Virus record (IMG/VR): IMGVR_UViG_3300044617_002308
Location: 7,268-71,267 of that record
Strand: one strand, 5' to 3'
DNA: 64,000 nt
DNA from: a virus
Part shown: positions 1 through 12,200 of the stretch, in pieces
Layout: the number at the start of each line of letters is the position of its first letter
Numbering within the stretch: position 1 is the stretch's first letter
The notes under the pieces: model-generated
The model's input: the letters and a program-made list of their open reading frames with translations, nothing else
Database searches by the model: none
Told to the model about the DNA's origin: nothing
Translations under genes and position numbers: made by a program

Positions 1-224
1 CTGCCTGGGTCTTTGCGCTCGTCCATGTTGCCCATGTATTGCTGCATGGCGCGGTTGCGCTTCTCCAGCCAGCCGCTCTTGGAATAACTCTGCACCGCGC
101 TGCCCATGCGCAACTTGACAAGGCGCATGAGTTCGCGCTCCTGCGCCCCGGTGAGTTTGAGCGCCCCGCGCAACGGGGTCGTGGGCGGATCGAGGCTTTC
201 GGCGAGTTCGGGAAGTGCGGTCAT
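1..224 (-). CDS. Probable portal protein, N-terminus (runs off the window edge)
   Basis: Not in the ORF track. ATG at 224 reads MTALPELAESLDPPTTPLRGALKLTGAQERELMRLVKLRMGSAVQSYSKSGWLEKRNRAMQQYMGNMDERK..., resembling podoviral portal N-terminal helices. It follows the 19-bp box at 241-259, and no other portal is seen in the window. Confidence 0.55.
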   Translation of the reverse strand, partial: MTALPELAESLDPPTTPLRGALKLTGAQERELMRLVKLRMGSAVQSYSKSGWLEKRNRAMQQYMGNMDERKDPG

Positions 225-240
225 GGCGGTGGGTTACTAA

Positions 241-259
241 TTGTCTATTGTCTCGGCAA
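241..259 (-). promoter_or_regulatory. 19-bp box (minus-strand consensus YTGCCGARACRATHGACAA), upstream of the portal-like gene
   Basis: + strand ttgtctattgtctcggcaa; overlaps the giant-gene stop codon. Confidence 0.7.
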
Positions 260-3200
260 GGTCAAATTGGCTTGCGGTTGGTTGAACATGAGTTCCGGCG
301 TGAGCGTGGAGGGTTGCTGGCGCAGGGACTTGGGCTTCGGGAACGGTCGGATGTTGACGCCCGTGGCGATCTTGAAGAGCGAAAGGAAGGGATCGCGCAC
401 GGCCACATTGTCGGGATCGGGGTAGGTGATGTAGGTGCGCGTTTCGCCGGACGGGAGTTTTTCATCGTAAACCCGCACGCTCTCCGGGCCAGCGCCCATG
501 GCTTGCAACCGGGCTAGATCGCCTGCGATGTTGCGGGTGGTCTGGCCTGCGTCGGAAACCTTCGCGGGGTTTACGCCCATGCCGAAAAGAAGTTCGCGCA
601 GATCAATGGGCGCACCGCTGGAAGAAACCGGCGTGGCGACTTGCGCGGAGAGGTTTGCCAGCGCGGCGTCTTTCTCGGCGGTGGTGAGTTTTTCGTTCGC
701 GCGGATTTTCTTCGCCTCGCGGGCCATGTAGCCGGCGCGGTCGAAATTGAGCGTGAGGCGGGCCGGGGTGATGGGATCGCCGGCGACGGGGAGGTTTTTG
801 CGCAGGCCGGGGACTTTGGCCATAATGCTTTCCAGCGGCCCCATCGTGAAGTCGAGGCTCTTGTTGCTCGTCGTGCGGCGCACCACCGGATCGGTCATGT
901 TGTTGATGTATTCGGTGAGGGCGCTGGGGTTGATCGGCGAACTGAGCGCCTCGAAAAACGCCTCGCTGGCCAAATTCACCGGGCTCTTCTTTGCATCAAT
1001 GCTGCCCACTTTGGCGATGCCCACCATGCGGCTCAGGATGCCGAGCGCGGTGAGGTCGGAAATGTAGGCTCCGGCATCGCGCAGGAAACCGGGCATGTCG
1101 CCCCGCACGGCGCGGCCCATGAGAAGACCTTCCTTCATCCAGGTCATGTTTTGGTAATACATCCAGTAGTCGTCGCCGCGATGGTTCGTGAGATCGTCGT
1201 TGATATTCACGCCCGCCATGCGAAGAGCAGTAGCCACCATGCGGCCAAGTTGGGTTTTGCGCCCGAGCGCGGAGAGGTTCATGCGGCTGCTGGTATCCTG
1301 ATCGCGGTCCTTGGCCTTGCCTTCGGCGTCGAAGCGGGAGCCGATGATCGGGTCTTCCTCGTCGTCGCCAGAGAGTAGGGCCGCGCCACCGTAGGCGATG
1401 GCGGCGAGCGTGAGCATGTTGGCCAGTCCGCGCGCGCGCTCCTGCTTGGTGGAGGAAGGCGAGAAGGTTTCAATCGCTCCATCGAGGCCCATGCGCTTCA
1501 TAAAGCGCACAAAGTTGTATGGCCACTTGATGAACCACAGGCCGTGTTCCTTGAGGAATTTTTTTCCTTTCTCTTCGGGCAGGCTCGCGGAGGGGTCCAT
1601 CCACGCCGGCACATTCGCGTAGTCCATGAAGTAAAGCCGCGCGGCGTCCATCACCTCGCGGTGGATCGCGGTGTTTTCGCGCACCTGCTTTTGAATCCAG
1701 TTGCGCATCCACTCGGAGCGCCCGCTCTTCACCTTGGCTTCGTTGGCGGCCACCTCGGCGCGGGCGCGGTAGGCCGCATAGGCGCTCTGCTGCTTCACCG
1801 CCGCATCGCCGCCGGAGTAGTGCACGGCGTAGAGGATGCTCGCGGAGATGCCACCTTGTTTGAAGGCGTTCACCAGGCCTTGCGCGGGGCCGCGCAGGAT
1901 GCCGTTGCGTTTGATGTCATCCACCATGTTGCCGTAGTCGGTGCCCGCATCGAGGCTGGAAAGCGCGGTGGTGTTGTCGAACAACTCGCGCGGGATGAGA
2001 TCGCCGATGCGCGATTGATTGAGCGTGTTCGGCGCGCGGTCGGTAATGAGGCCGCGTAGGAGGAACAGAGCCTCCATCGTATTCACTGCCGCGCCCTTGG
2101 AGTCCAGCACCATCAGGTGGGTGATGCCTGCAAACATCCGGTTCATGGCCTGCGTGAGCGTGAGAATTTGGTTGCCGATCCAGTTGATGCCTACGGAACC
2201 GGCGGCAAGTTTTCCGAGCTTCGCGCCGCGCAGGAAGAAATTGAGCGTGCGCAGGAGAATGCCTTCGGTCTGCGCGCGGGCCATGGAGAGCATGAGTTCG
2301 CGGTAAACATTTTTGTGAACCATCTGCTCGATGCCGTTGAGCCGCGCGGCGTCGCCCACCAACTTCATGAGTTGCACCTGATCCTTCGGGTTGAGCCCCT
2401 TTGAGAGGTGCGGGTAGGCTTTTTTGTCGAGCAGGCGGGCGGCTTCCACGGCCTTCACGATGCTGCTGAAGACATCCTCCAGCGCCACATAGTCGCCGAT
2501 GTTCTCGGCAGGCACATCGTCGCGCAGCACGACGGCTTTTTCGATGATGCCCTCGCGCATGCGCATACGGATTTTCTCGCGGTGGGCCTCCATCGCACGG
2601 GTGCTGAACCCATCGACAAGGTTCTTCACATTGCCGGCCTCGCGGAGCGCGCCGGTCTTGAAGCGGCGGCCAGGGGATTTGTAGATGCCCAGCAGGCGGG
2701 CGATCGTGGCGATGATCGAGCGCTGCGCGGCGATGTCGGGCGTGTAGCCCTCCACGCGCGGCACCTCGGGAAGAAGATCGCCGAAGGCATCCTTCAAATC
2801 CTGCGGCCACTCGTTCATGAAGGAGAGAAGCGCCTCGCGGTTGAACTCCACGCTCATCGTGCTGCCAAGGCCCACGGTGTAGGCATCCTTCAAGTCCGGC
2901 GTGATCCAGCGGTCGAGGATCGGGAGCGCCTCGGGGAAGTTCTGCCAGAATTCCTCGTAGATCGCCTGCTGCATTTCCACGCTGATCGGCTCCAGAAGAA
3001 CAAAGGCTTTTTCATCGGGCAGGAAGTCGCCCAGGCGGTAGGTGCGGCCATCGTATTGGAACCACTCGCCGTCGCGGAGCCGGAGCTTGCGGGCCTCCAC
3101 TTGGGAGATCGTGCCGGATCGGCGCTCGAATTCACGCCACTCGAAGCCGCCATCCACGCCCGTGCGCTGGGGTTGGAGATAGCTGGCTGTCGGGAGGAGC

Positions 3201-6200
3201 AGGCGCGTGGCTTCTTTCAGGCGAGTGCGGTTTTTGCTCCAAAATGCGGGATCGCCGAAAGCCTTTTGAAGTTCGCGGCGCAGGCCGTCCACCACGGCAT
3301 TCACGCCGATCTGGGCAAGTGCCTCCTCTTGCTGCGCGGCTTGCAGAATATTTTTCACGCCGGGGGCGAGGGCGTCGGCCACATCCAAGCGGCCACGGAA
3401 AAGGTTTTGGTAGCCGCGCCAAAGTTCGTAAGGCATGGCCTCGCGGATTTCGCCGGCGACTTTGCGCACGCTGCCCGCGGGCTTCTCCTCCGCCGCGCGC
3501 AGGACATTGTTCCAGTTCTCGATCGAGTCCAGGCTCGCCTCGATGCGCTTCTCCATCGGAGGAAGCGCGGGGCGGCGTTTGGCCCCTAATACAGCCCCGG
3601 GCTGTCTCCCCTTGGGAGTTGCTGGAACCACTCCGGCAGTTCGGCCAGCGCCTCCTCGTCCTCCAGAAGGTCGTCCAGTTCCGTCCCGATCCCGTCCGTC
3701 CGCAGGTAGCTCTCCTGCGTCATTGGCTTTTTCCGATGTTCCAAGATTATTTTCGCCGCTCCTGGCAACCTTTGCCCAGTCCGGTCGGCCCACTCCTGAA
3801 CCATCCGCAATTGCTTCTGACGCAGTTCTTCCGCGTCGCCCTTGGAGGGTGTCGCGGTTGCTCCATTCGTCGGTGAGTCGGAATATGAGATCATGGGCTT
3901 CTTTGGTGGTGATAATGCCTTGTTCGTGCTTTTTCCAGATCGCTCGGACCTTGTTGACATTCGCTTTCTGGCTCTTGAACTTCGCTGGGAAAAGTAAACG
4001 GACAGACTCCCATGTGATACTCTGGACTTCACGCGGAAGCAAGTTGAATTCCTTGGCAACGATGCGGTAGGCTTCCGCAAAGGCGGGGTAGAGTCCGCTA
4101 ATGCCGAGGTTTGCGCTGCCAGCGGCTCCGCCTTGGCCGAAATTCTGGCTGACCTCCGGGCTGTTGCCGGAGAGGGCTTGCCACAGGATGGCGGCGATGG
4201 CGTGGGTATCCATGGTGACATGGCCGTCCGGGTTCGCGGGGTCCACAATGTTGTTGTAGAACGATCGCACCTTGTGCTGAACGCCGAGTTCGGCGCTGAT
4301 CGTCTGTATCTCCGCCTCGGCTGGAGCCGAAAGGATGTTGATCGCTTTTTCAATCGTGTTGTAGCTGCCCCATGCGATGGAGCGTTGCTCGCCTTTTTCT
4401 GTGAGCATCGGGTTGCCGAAGCGGCCATCGGGTGAGACGACGGGGAAGGAGGGTGAGTCGTAAACCTCGCTCCACATGCGGATGAAGCGGGCTTGGAATT
4501 CCAGCGGAAGGTCTTTGAGTTTTTTTCCTTTGAGTTCTTCAATATCCGCCTTGGCTTCCTCAAGTTTCTCCCGCGCCTTGGCGTTGTCCCAATTCTCCCA
4601 ATCCACGATATCGCCCGCGTCGTTGGTAACCGGCTTCGCGCCTTTTTCGTAGAGGATGTTTCCTTGGGCGTCGCGCTTGTAGTCGTCTAGCTTCTTGTCC
4701 CATTGCGGCTGGGGCTCGCCGCTGCGGCGGATGTATTGGGCCGCCATGGCATCGTCGAAGATGGTGTCCTGGTGGTTGCGCCAGACATTCATCATGCGCT
4801 CGGCCAGGGCCACATTCATGAACCAATCCTTCTGCGGGCTGAACACGGCCAGCACGGCGGCGGAGCGGTTGAGCGTGGTGCCGAAGCGGGTGGCGAAATC
4901 CTGCGCGATGATGTTTGCGCCATCATACCAAAGGCGGGCGATGTCGCGGAGGTCGGCGGGGAAAAGATCGATGAGGCGCTCCAGATTGTCCACGGCCATC
5001 TCGGTGAGGGCTTGGTAAACGCTTTCGGCCATCGAAGTCGGGAACCGGCGCTCGTTGGCGAGGATGGCCTTCACCTCGTTGTCGAAGGCTTTCTTGGCGA
5101 CATCGACCTCCGTCTTGGCTTTCTCGGCGGCGGTGCGGGCGGCGTTGATGCGTGAGACCAGCCCGCGCACCTTGCGGGAGTTCTCATCCGGCTTGGCTTC
5201 GATGGCGGCATCCACGGCGGCCATCTTCACCTTCGCCTTGCGCACGCCCTGCTGGCGGGCGAGTTCGACCTGGAGCGCCTCGCGGGCTTTCTTGTGCTCG
5301 TCGGTCTTAATCTCCAATCGGGCCTGCGCCCTCACAAGCGGAGCGCGCACCTTGCGGACAAGCGCGGCGGCCTCGGGAAGGCGGCCAGCCACCAGCGGGT
5401 AGTCGGCCAGGAGCATGGCGTTCTTGCGGAACAGCGCGGGGTCTTGGCGCATGGCGTCGAGGCCCACCAGCATCGAGGCGTCCGTGCCGGAGCCGTCTGG
5501 ATTTTTGCCGGTCGGGTTGCGTGTGCCAACCGCCGTGCCTGCGACCACTTTGCCTTTTGTCTCGGCAAGGATACGCGCGGGGCGCGATTTGGCGAAGAGC
5601 GCGCCCTGTTCAATCACAGGGGCTGCTGGCGCGGGATCAAGCAAGCCTTCGCGTTGCAACTCGTTGACAATTTCGCCCGAGATCGGTTGGTTGCCTTGCA
5701 CTTGCCGCGCTTGTTGTGCGATCTGCTGCGCTTCTTTTTGCTCCACGAACCGGCCTGTGGTGGTGACAAAGCCGAAGTTCTGCGTGGGCGGGAATTCTCC
5801 GCCATCCAAGTCATACTTCGTCTCCTCCATGAGTTCTGCGTGCGTTTTGGCGGGTGAGCTTAGAACAGTGCCGTCCTTGTCGATCACGGCGGTGGCGGCT
5901 ATGCGCTCGGGCATGGCTTGTGTAGCCGGGGCAGGCTGTGCAAACAAATCCCCCACATCTTTTGTGTTGATGGCTGGCGCTGTGCTGGCTTCAACACTCG
6001 CAATCTCTCGGCTGAAGTTTTCCAGAACCGCGCTTGGGTCGTCTTCTTGGAAGAGCGCATCGGTAATCGCTTGTTCTCGCGTCTTTCCAGCAGCCACGCC
6101 ATTGAGAATCTCGCTTCTTACTTTGCTGGCGTCTGCCGTGACCATGGTGTCCGGGGCGCTTTTTGCAACAACCGCGAGCAATGGGTTGATGTTGACATCA

Positions 6201-9200
6201 GCCGCCGCTCCGAGGAAATGAATGCGCGGCGGTTTTGCTTCGGATAAAAACTCCGCAAGTTTTTCCCTGCTGACAGCCTGCGCGTTTGAAGGAATGCCAA
6301 CAATAAATTTGGATGGATCAATTGTTATTCCTTTGGAGTTGGAGTTCAGTATCTCAAGAATTTTATTGTAAGCCTGCGCAAGAGATAGTTCGCCAAGCGG
6401 AATAGGAATAATCGGAGTAAGTGCCTGCGCTTCTGTTTCGACTGCGATCCTGTCTTTGTATTTGTCTGTCAAAAGCAAGGATGCCTTTTGGTTGCCGATA
6501 ATGTCCGGCATGACCATAAGGGGCGAAGGATAGTCTTTTTCTACGGCGTTTTCTTTTTGAATCGCATCTAAAATAGAATCGTATTTTTCAAAAATTTTAT
6601 CAAAACTCAATGGCTTCAAGGTATTCCCCTTTTCAGCCTCCTTTTGAGACTTGATGAAGTGACTGAATGCCCCGGAATCGATAAAGACTTGCGCGTCGAG
6701 ATTCACCACCGCGTTGGCCAGCGCCTCTATTGCATTTTTAGACAGAAGGCCGACATCAAATCCGACTCCATAGTTCTGCATCCCGCCGCGAACAAATGTG
6801 GATGTAGCGAGGTCGCTTATTCCGCTCATGCCCGAGGCAAAGCGAACCATGTCTTTTTTGATTTTTTCTATCGGCGCATCGATTTCCCTTGTAAAACCAA
6901 ACTCTGTGGCTGTCGGCGAAGGAGCCGGGGATGATGCATCTCCAAACAAATCCTCCACATCCTCGCGCCCGCTGCGGCGGAAGGCTTCTTCGCGGGCTTG
7001 GGCGTCCACCACCGTGTCGGGCTTCACCGGCGCGGGCGGGAGCGTTTCGCCGACTAGGTTGAACGGCGTCTCGTCGCCGAAGAGTTCGCCCGTGGTGTCT
7101 GATGAGCGGCGGGGCTTGGCGAAGAGCGGAGTCTCTTGTCTTCTTTGGGCGTATTCCAACACGGGGCCAAAAACATTGCGCACCAACGGTGGAGGAACTC
7201 CATTTCCAATAATTGTGAAAGCAACATCTTGGTCGGCGGGCAAAGGATAGTCATCAGGAATACCAGTCATTCTGGCTTTTGCTCTTGGTGTCAGCCTTTT
7301 AACTATACCGCCTGGAAGAAGTATTCGATCTACGGTATTCGGAGACGCCTTAAATGTAAATGCGGGCTGGGTAGCTCTGGCAAAAGCGACCTGCTTGAAA
7401 AGAGTCGTGCCGCTCACCAACACAGGCTCGCTCACATTTAGCGGATCGGGAAAAGCGCTGCTGAATCCGTTGCCCTCTCTCCAAAGGTATTCTTGACCGG
7501 GTTTTGGTTTGTTCTCAATTACATCATCAGGCAAGTCGTCAATCAAATCAGCAATCGTTTCATACCATCCCGGCCCTTTGACCGGCGTAGGATCGGGGAG
7601 AAAAGCGGCTCCGCGAACAGCGCGGAGCAGATAGCGCCTGCGGGCGGTGGGTGCGCCGTAGTCCGCGGCGTTGTAGATGCCTTCGTCAAAGGTGTAGCCC
7701 TCGCGCTCTAGAGCCTCGCGGATGATTCCGGCAGAAATGGTCTTGCGGTATTCCCAGACATTTTCAATCGTGACCACTTGTGGCTGGATTTCCTTAATGT
7801 GGCGGGCAACCGCGCGGGCGGACTCCACATCGAGGTCTTTCTCGCCGCCGCCCTTCGCTGCGCTGTTCATAAGCGAGGAATTTTTGCAGACCGGCGAGGC
7901 GTGGTAGTGGAACGCGCCCTTGTGTTTCTCCAGCGAAACCTCGCGGATGTCGGAGACCTGGACATGATCGCCGTGCGCGGCGCGGTAGGCTTGGGCGATG
8001 GAGGCGTCGTATTCGACGGCGGCGACGGGATTCACCAAACCGCGAAGGCCGATTTCCACAAGCCCGCCACCAGAAAAGGTGGTGATGCCGCTCGGGAGTT
8101 TGGCGAGATTCGGAACTAAGTCGCTTGAGCCTCGCGCTGGCTTTGCGCCGAGAATTTGCGGTCCAGAGCTTGGTCGATTGCGCTCTGCATCCATGCGGCT
8201 TCGTGCCGCGAAAATTCCTGCTCGGTTGCGAAATCTTTCCTTGAGTAATTGCGAACCGGACCAGTTGCGCTCAAGATTGGCGATTCGGTAGATTTCACTG
8301 CCTGTAAGGGCTTCGATGGGGAATCCAAGTTCACGCTGGAATGTTTCGCTTGTGAGGCCCGCGCGGTCAAGGAGTTTTTGGGTGTCCTGCGGGCGCGGTT
8401 TGAGGTAGTTCTGGGACTGGCTGTCGGCCAGGGCGGCGGCGGCGACAACCTCGGCTCCGTTGGAGACCAGGTGGTCGATCAAAGCCGTGAGCGTGTTGCC
8501 GCTGGTGTAAACATCGTCCACCACCACATACTGCGCCGAGGGATCGACCTCGCCCTCGAAGGTCTGGATGTTGCCCATGCGCTGGGCCGCCGAGACTCCC
8601 GTGTTCGACATTCCGCCGCTCTTGACGATGCCGGTATCCACGCGGCTATTGGGGATGCGGCGTTGGAGGCTGCCAGCCAGCGCGGCGGGTAAGGCGTTGT
8701 GGAACACGCCGGGATCGGAATGCCGGACGGGGACGAAGATCACATCTTGGTCAGCATTGAGTCTGGCTTTGACTTCATCAACCATTTTCTGGGTGATGAG
8801 GGACTCGCTGATATCCACGGCGGCCACGGGGTCTCCGCCTTTCTTGGCGGCTTGGTAGGCGGGGCTGACCATGGCCAGATCGGGGGCGCGGCCTGCGATG
8901 ACGGGCGCGGGGTCAAGCTCTACGAGTTGCTCGCCTGGCTTCAGCCCGGTGGTGCGGAGTTTCGCCACTTTCGTGGACCGGGCGACGATATCAAGTGTGT
9001 CGGGGTAGTTCCCAGGAAGGGAACTGGCCGGAGCAGCGTTGCGGCGCGCCTTGGCGAACAGTGCCACGCCTTGGTCGGTCTCGCGGGTATCAAGCGTGTC
9101 GAACAGGATATCGTAGGCTTGGCGGATGCCTCCTTCCATTTCCTGCGGGAGCGGGTAGGCTTCGCCGCTGGGGTCGATGTTGGCGAGGTAGTCGTTGGTG

Positions 9201-12200
9201 ACGCTGCTCTTGGCGAGGCGTTCGACGACATAGGTTTCAAACGCGCGGGCGGCTTTCTCGATGGTGGTGCCGTAGTAGGGCGTGGAGCGGGTGGCATCGA
9301 GCTTCTTGCTGCGCTCGGCGAAGGTTCCCGTGCCCACGGCGTTGCGGATGGCGCGGAAGGCGTCCATCACGGCGGGGCGCACATTCTTGGGGTTGCGGAT
9401 CGAGTCGGTGGCGTATTCGTCCACGGCCTTGGGCGCTGTGCTTCCGGTGCGCTCCACGCGGGCGAAGTAGTTGTCGAGCGCGTGGAACCATTCGTGGGCC
9501 AAGCTGCCAGGGCCTGCGTTTTTTGTGAGGTTGATGACAACTTGGCCGGGTTCGTAATGCGCGGCGGCGGGGCGCTTGCCTCCTGTGCCTCGCGCGCCAA
9601 AGGCCATTCCAAGAGCGCCATCAAGCGAGAGCGCTTTGGTGGGGACGTTGAGCGCCTCGGCCAAGTCCATAAGGGCGTCGAAGGCGTTGTTCAAATCGCG
9701 CTGGCGGCGCTCGCCTTCCACATAGTTGCCAAATTGGACTCCACGGAAGCCGAATGCCTCGGTGAACATCTCGGGCGAGACATCGCCTTCGCGGCGGGCT
9801 GGGCCGGTGCGCGGATCGTTGAGGGCTTTGCGAAGGATCGGCTCCTTGCGCATTTCCTCCCATTGGAAGCGCAGGTTGTCGTAGTTGTCGGTGAGCCAGT
9901 TGCTCGCCTCCTTCACACTCTTGAATCCGGGCTTGAGGCGAATCACGCCGCTCGCGCCTTTTTTGCCAATGAAGATGTCTCCAGTCGTGCGGTCGCTGTA
10001 GAATTGGAAGTCGATCTTCTTGGCCTCGGCGGGCTTCGCGGCCTGCGCTTGGAGGTGGGCGCGGAATTTTTCAAGCGTTTGGCTGTAGCCGCGCCTCCAG
10101 TCGCCATCAGGGACGACGGAGGAAAGGTTCCATGCCATGCGATAGTCCTTCTCCATGTAGGAAACGATGTCGCTGGCTTTGGTGGGTTGGCCGTTGAAGG
10201 TGGTGTAGCCTTGCTTCTGGCGCAGTTTCCAGCCTTTGGCCTCCAGCATGAGCGGGTAGCCAAGAGCATCGTAAAGTTCCACTTGGTCGCGCATCTCGGG
10301 GGCGTCGGCGAGCAACAGGTTGAAGCGTTCGATGGCGATGGGGTTTGAGGGATCGACGAGGCGCTGGATGATCGTGCGCGTGCTGATCAAGCCCTCGGTC
10401 CAGCGGCGGAGCTTCCAGCCGGTCGATGGTTTTCTCGGGATCAAGTCGCGCAGGGCGCGCACGGCGGCGACACGGCGCGGCTCCATGCCGCTGGCCAACA
10501 TGGCTTCGTAGTCCGGCTCGGGGAGGAATTTCGCCAAGGTGATGTCGGCGGAATCTTCGGGCAGGTCGGCCATGATGGCGTCGGTGTATTTTTGCCAGAG
10601 GTCTTTGCGCGCGCCTTCGATCTTCTCGCCGAAGTCTTCGATGCGGGCGGTGTTCTCGGTCTGCGGCTCCAGCTTGAGTTCGGGAGCGTTCTCCACCTTC
10701 GTGTCGGCCTTGGCCTGCCAGCTTGGAGTCCAGGGTTTCGCGGTCTGGTTATAGGCGTCAGCAAAGAGATCGAGTTGCTGGGCTTGGCGGGGCTTGGCTC
10801 CCAAGTAGGTGGCCGGTTCTTCAAGAAGTCCGGCTTCTTTGAAGGAGAAATAGTTGCTGCCGTCTTCTTTCACGGCATCGATAAAGGTCACTTGCATTCT
10901 TCCTGTGACTTCGCGCAATTGCTGAACCAATCTGCCTTGCGCGAATCCAGGATCGACTCCCGCGCCTTTCAGCGTGGGCAGCAATACGGTGAAAGCATGT
11001 GCGCCTTCCCTTGAAACGGTCTGGAAAATTTGCTGGCCGAGTTCCTGTGCGGTCGGGTTTTTCTTATTAAACTGCTCGACGGCCAGAACGCGCAACTTGG
11101 TGTTGAGATAGACAATGTGTCCGGCGTCGGGATTGGACTGGCTTAATTCCTTGGCGATGGCTGCAAACTGGAAAGGCAACTCCGCCGTAGCAAGTGTATC
11201 GAATGAAACCTTTTCCCACTCCGCCTGTGTAGGGGTTTCAAACGAGCCTGATCCGAAACCCTTGAGCGAATAATACTTTGTTCCGTTGGTGATGACATGA
11301 TCGATCAGATTGAAATCCAGCGCGCTTGCGAGTTCCTCGAAGTTTTTTTGAACTCTGTAATCCGCCTGCGAGGGCGTGGGGTCGCCGCTCGGATGGTTGT
11401 GCGAGATGATAATGTTTTCGTATTTTTTGCCATACCGCTCCGAGACCCTTGCCAAAAACCCAAGAACATTGCGGGGATGCGCCATGGCTTCGTTGAGCGA
11501 GCCGACGCTGACGATCTGCGCGCTGACAATGTTCAAGTCGTCGTCCAGCACGGCCACCTTGATCATCTCATGGTAGGGCGAGCGGATCGGCATCATCAGG
11601 GCCGCGAAGTCTTTTGTCTCGGTGATCTTCGTGCCGACTGGGTTCCATGCGGGAATAGTTGAATCAACAAGCTGCGGGAGGATCGCGGAGGCGCGTCCGC
11701 GCATCGCTACGGCGTTGGCAAGTGCTTTCCAGTCGCCAGCCAGGCCGCGCTCGACGAGTTGTTCGTATTCGTCCTCGGCAACTTCCACTGGCTCGTTGGC
11801 TGGAGCGGAGCGGTCGAAAAGATCGAGTTGGTAGGTAGTCTGCCGGAATGGCGATGCGACTTGGGCAAGCTGCATGGCCACGGCATCTTCGGCGACATTG
11901 GCGGGTTGGCTGCCGTTGGCTTCGGTGTAGGCTTTCGCAGAGGCGCGCTGGGCGGCTGTGGGCTTGGCCCCAAGCACCCTGGCGTTGCCGATCTCCTCGC
12001 CGTTTTCCGCGATGATGCGGATGAGGTTTTCGTCGAAGATCACATAGTTGTAGGTGCGCTCTGGAAAATTCCGCAGGAGGTCTGCGCGCATTTTTTCCTT
12101 GGCTTTTGGCGCGTCATAGACACTCCGCATGAAGTCATCGACGGCAGCTTCCTTGTTGCCGTTATTCTTCGTGGCAAGCTCCAAAAGTCGCTCGTCCGTG

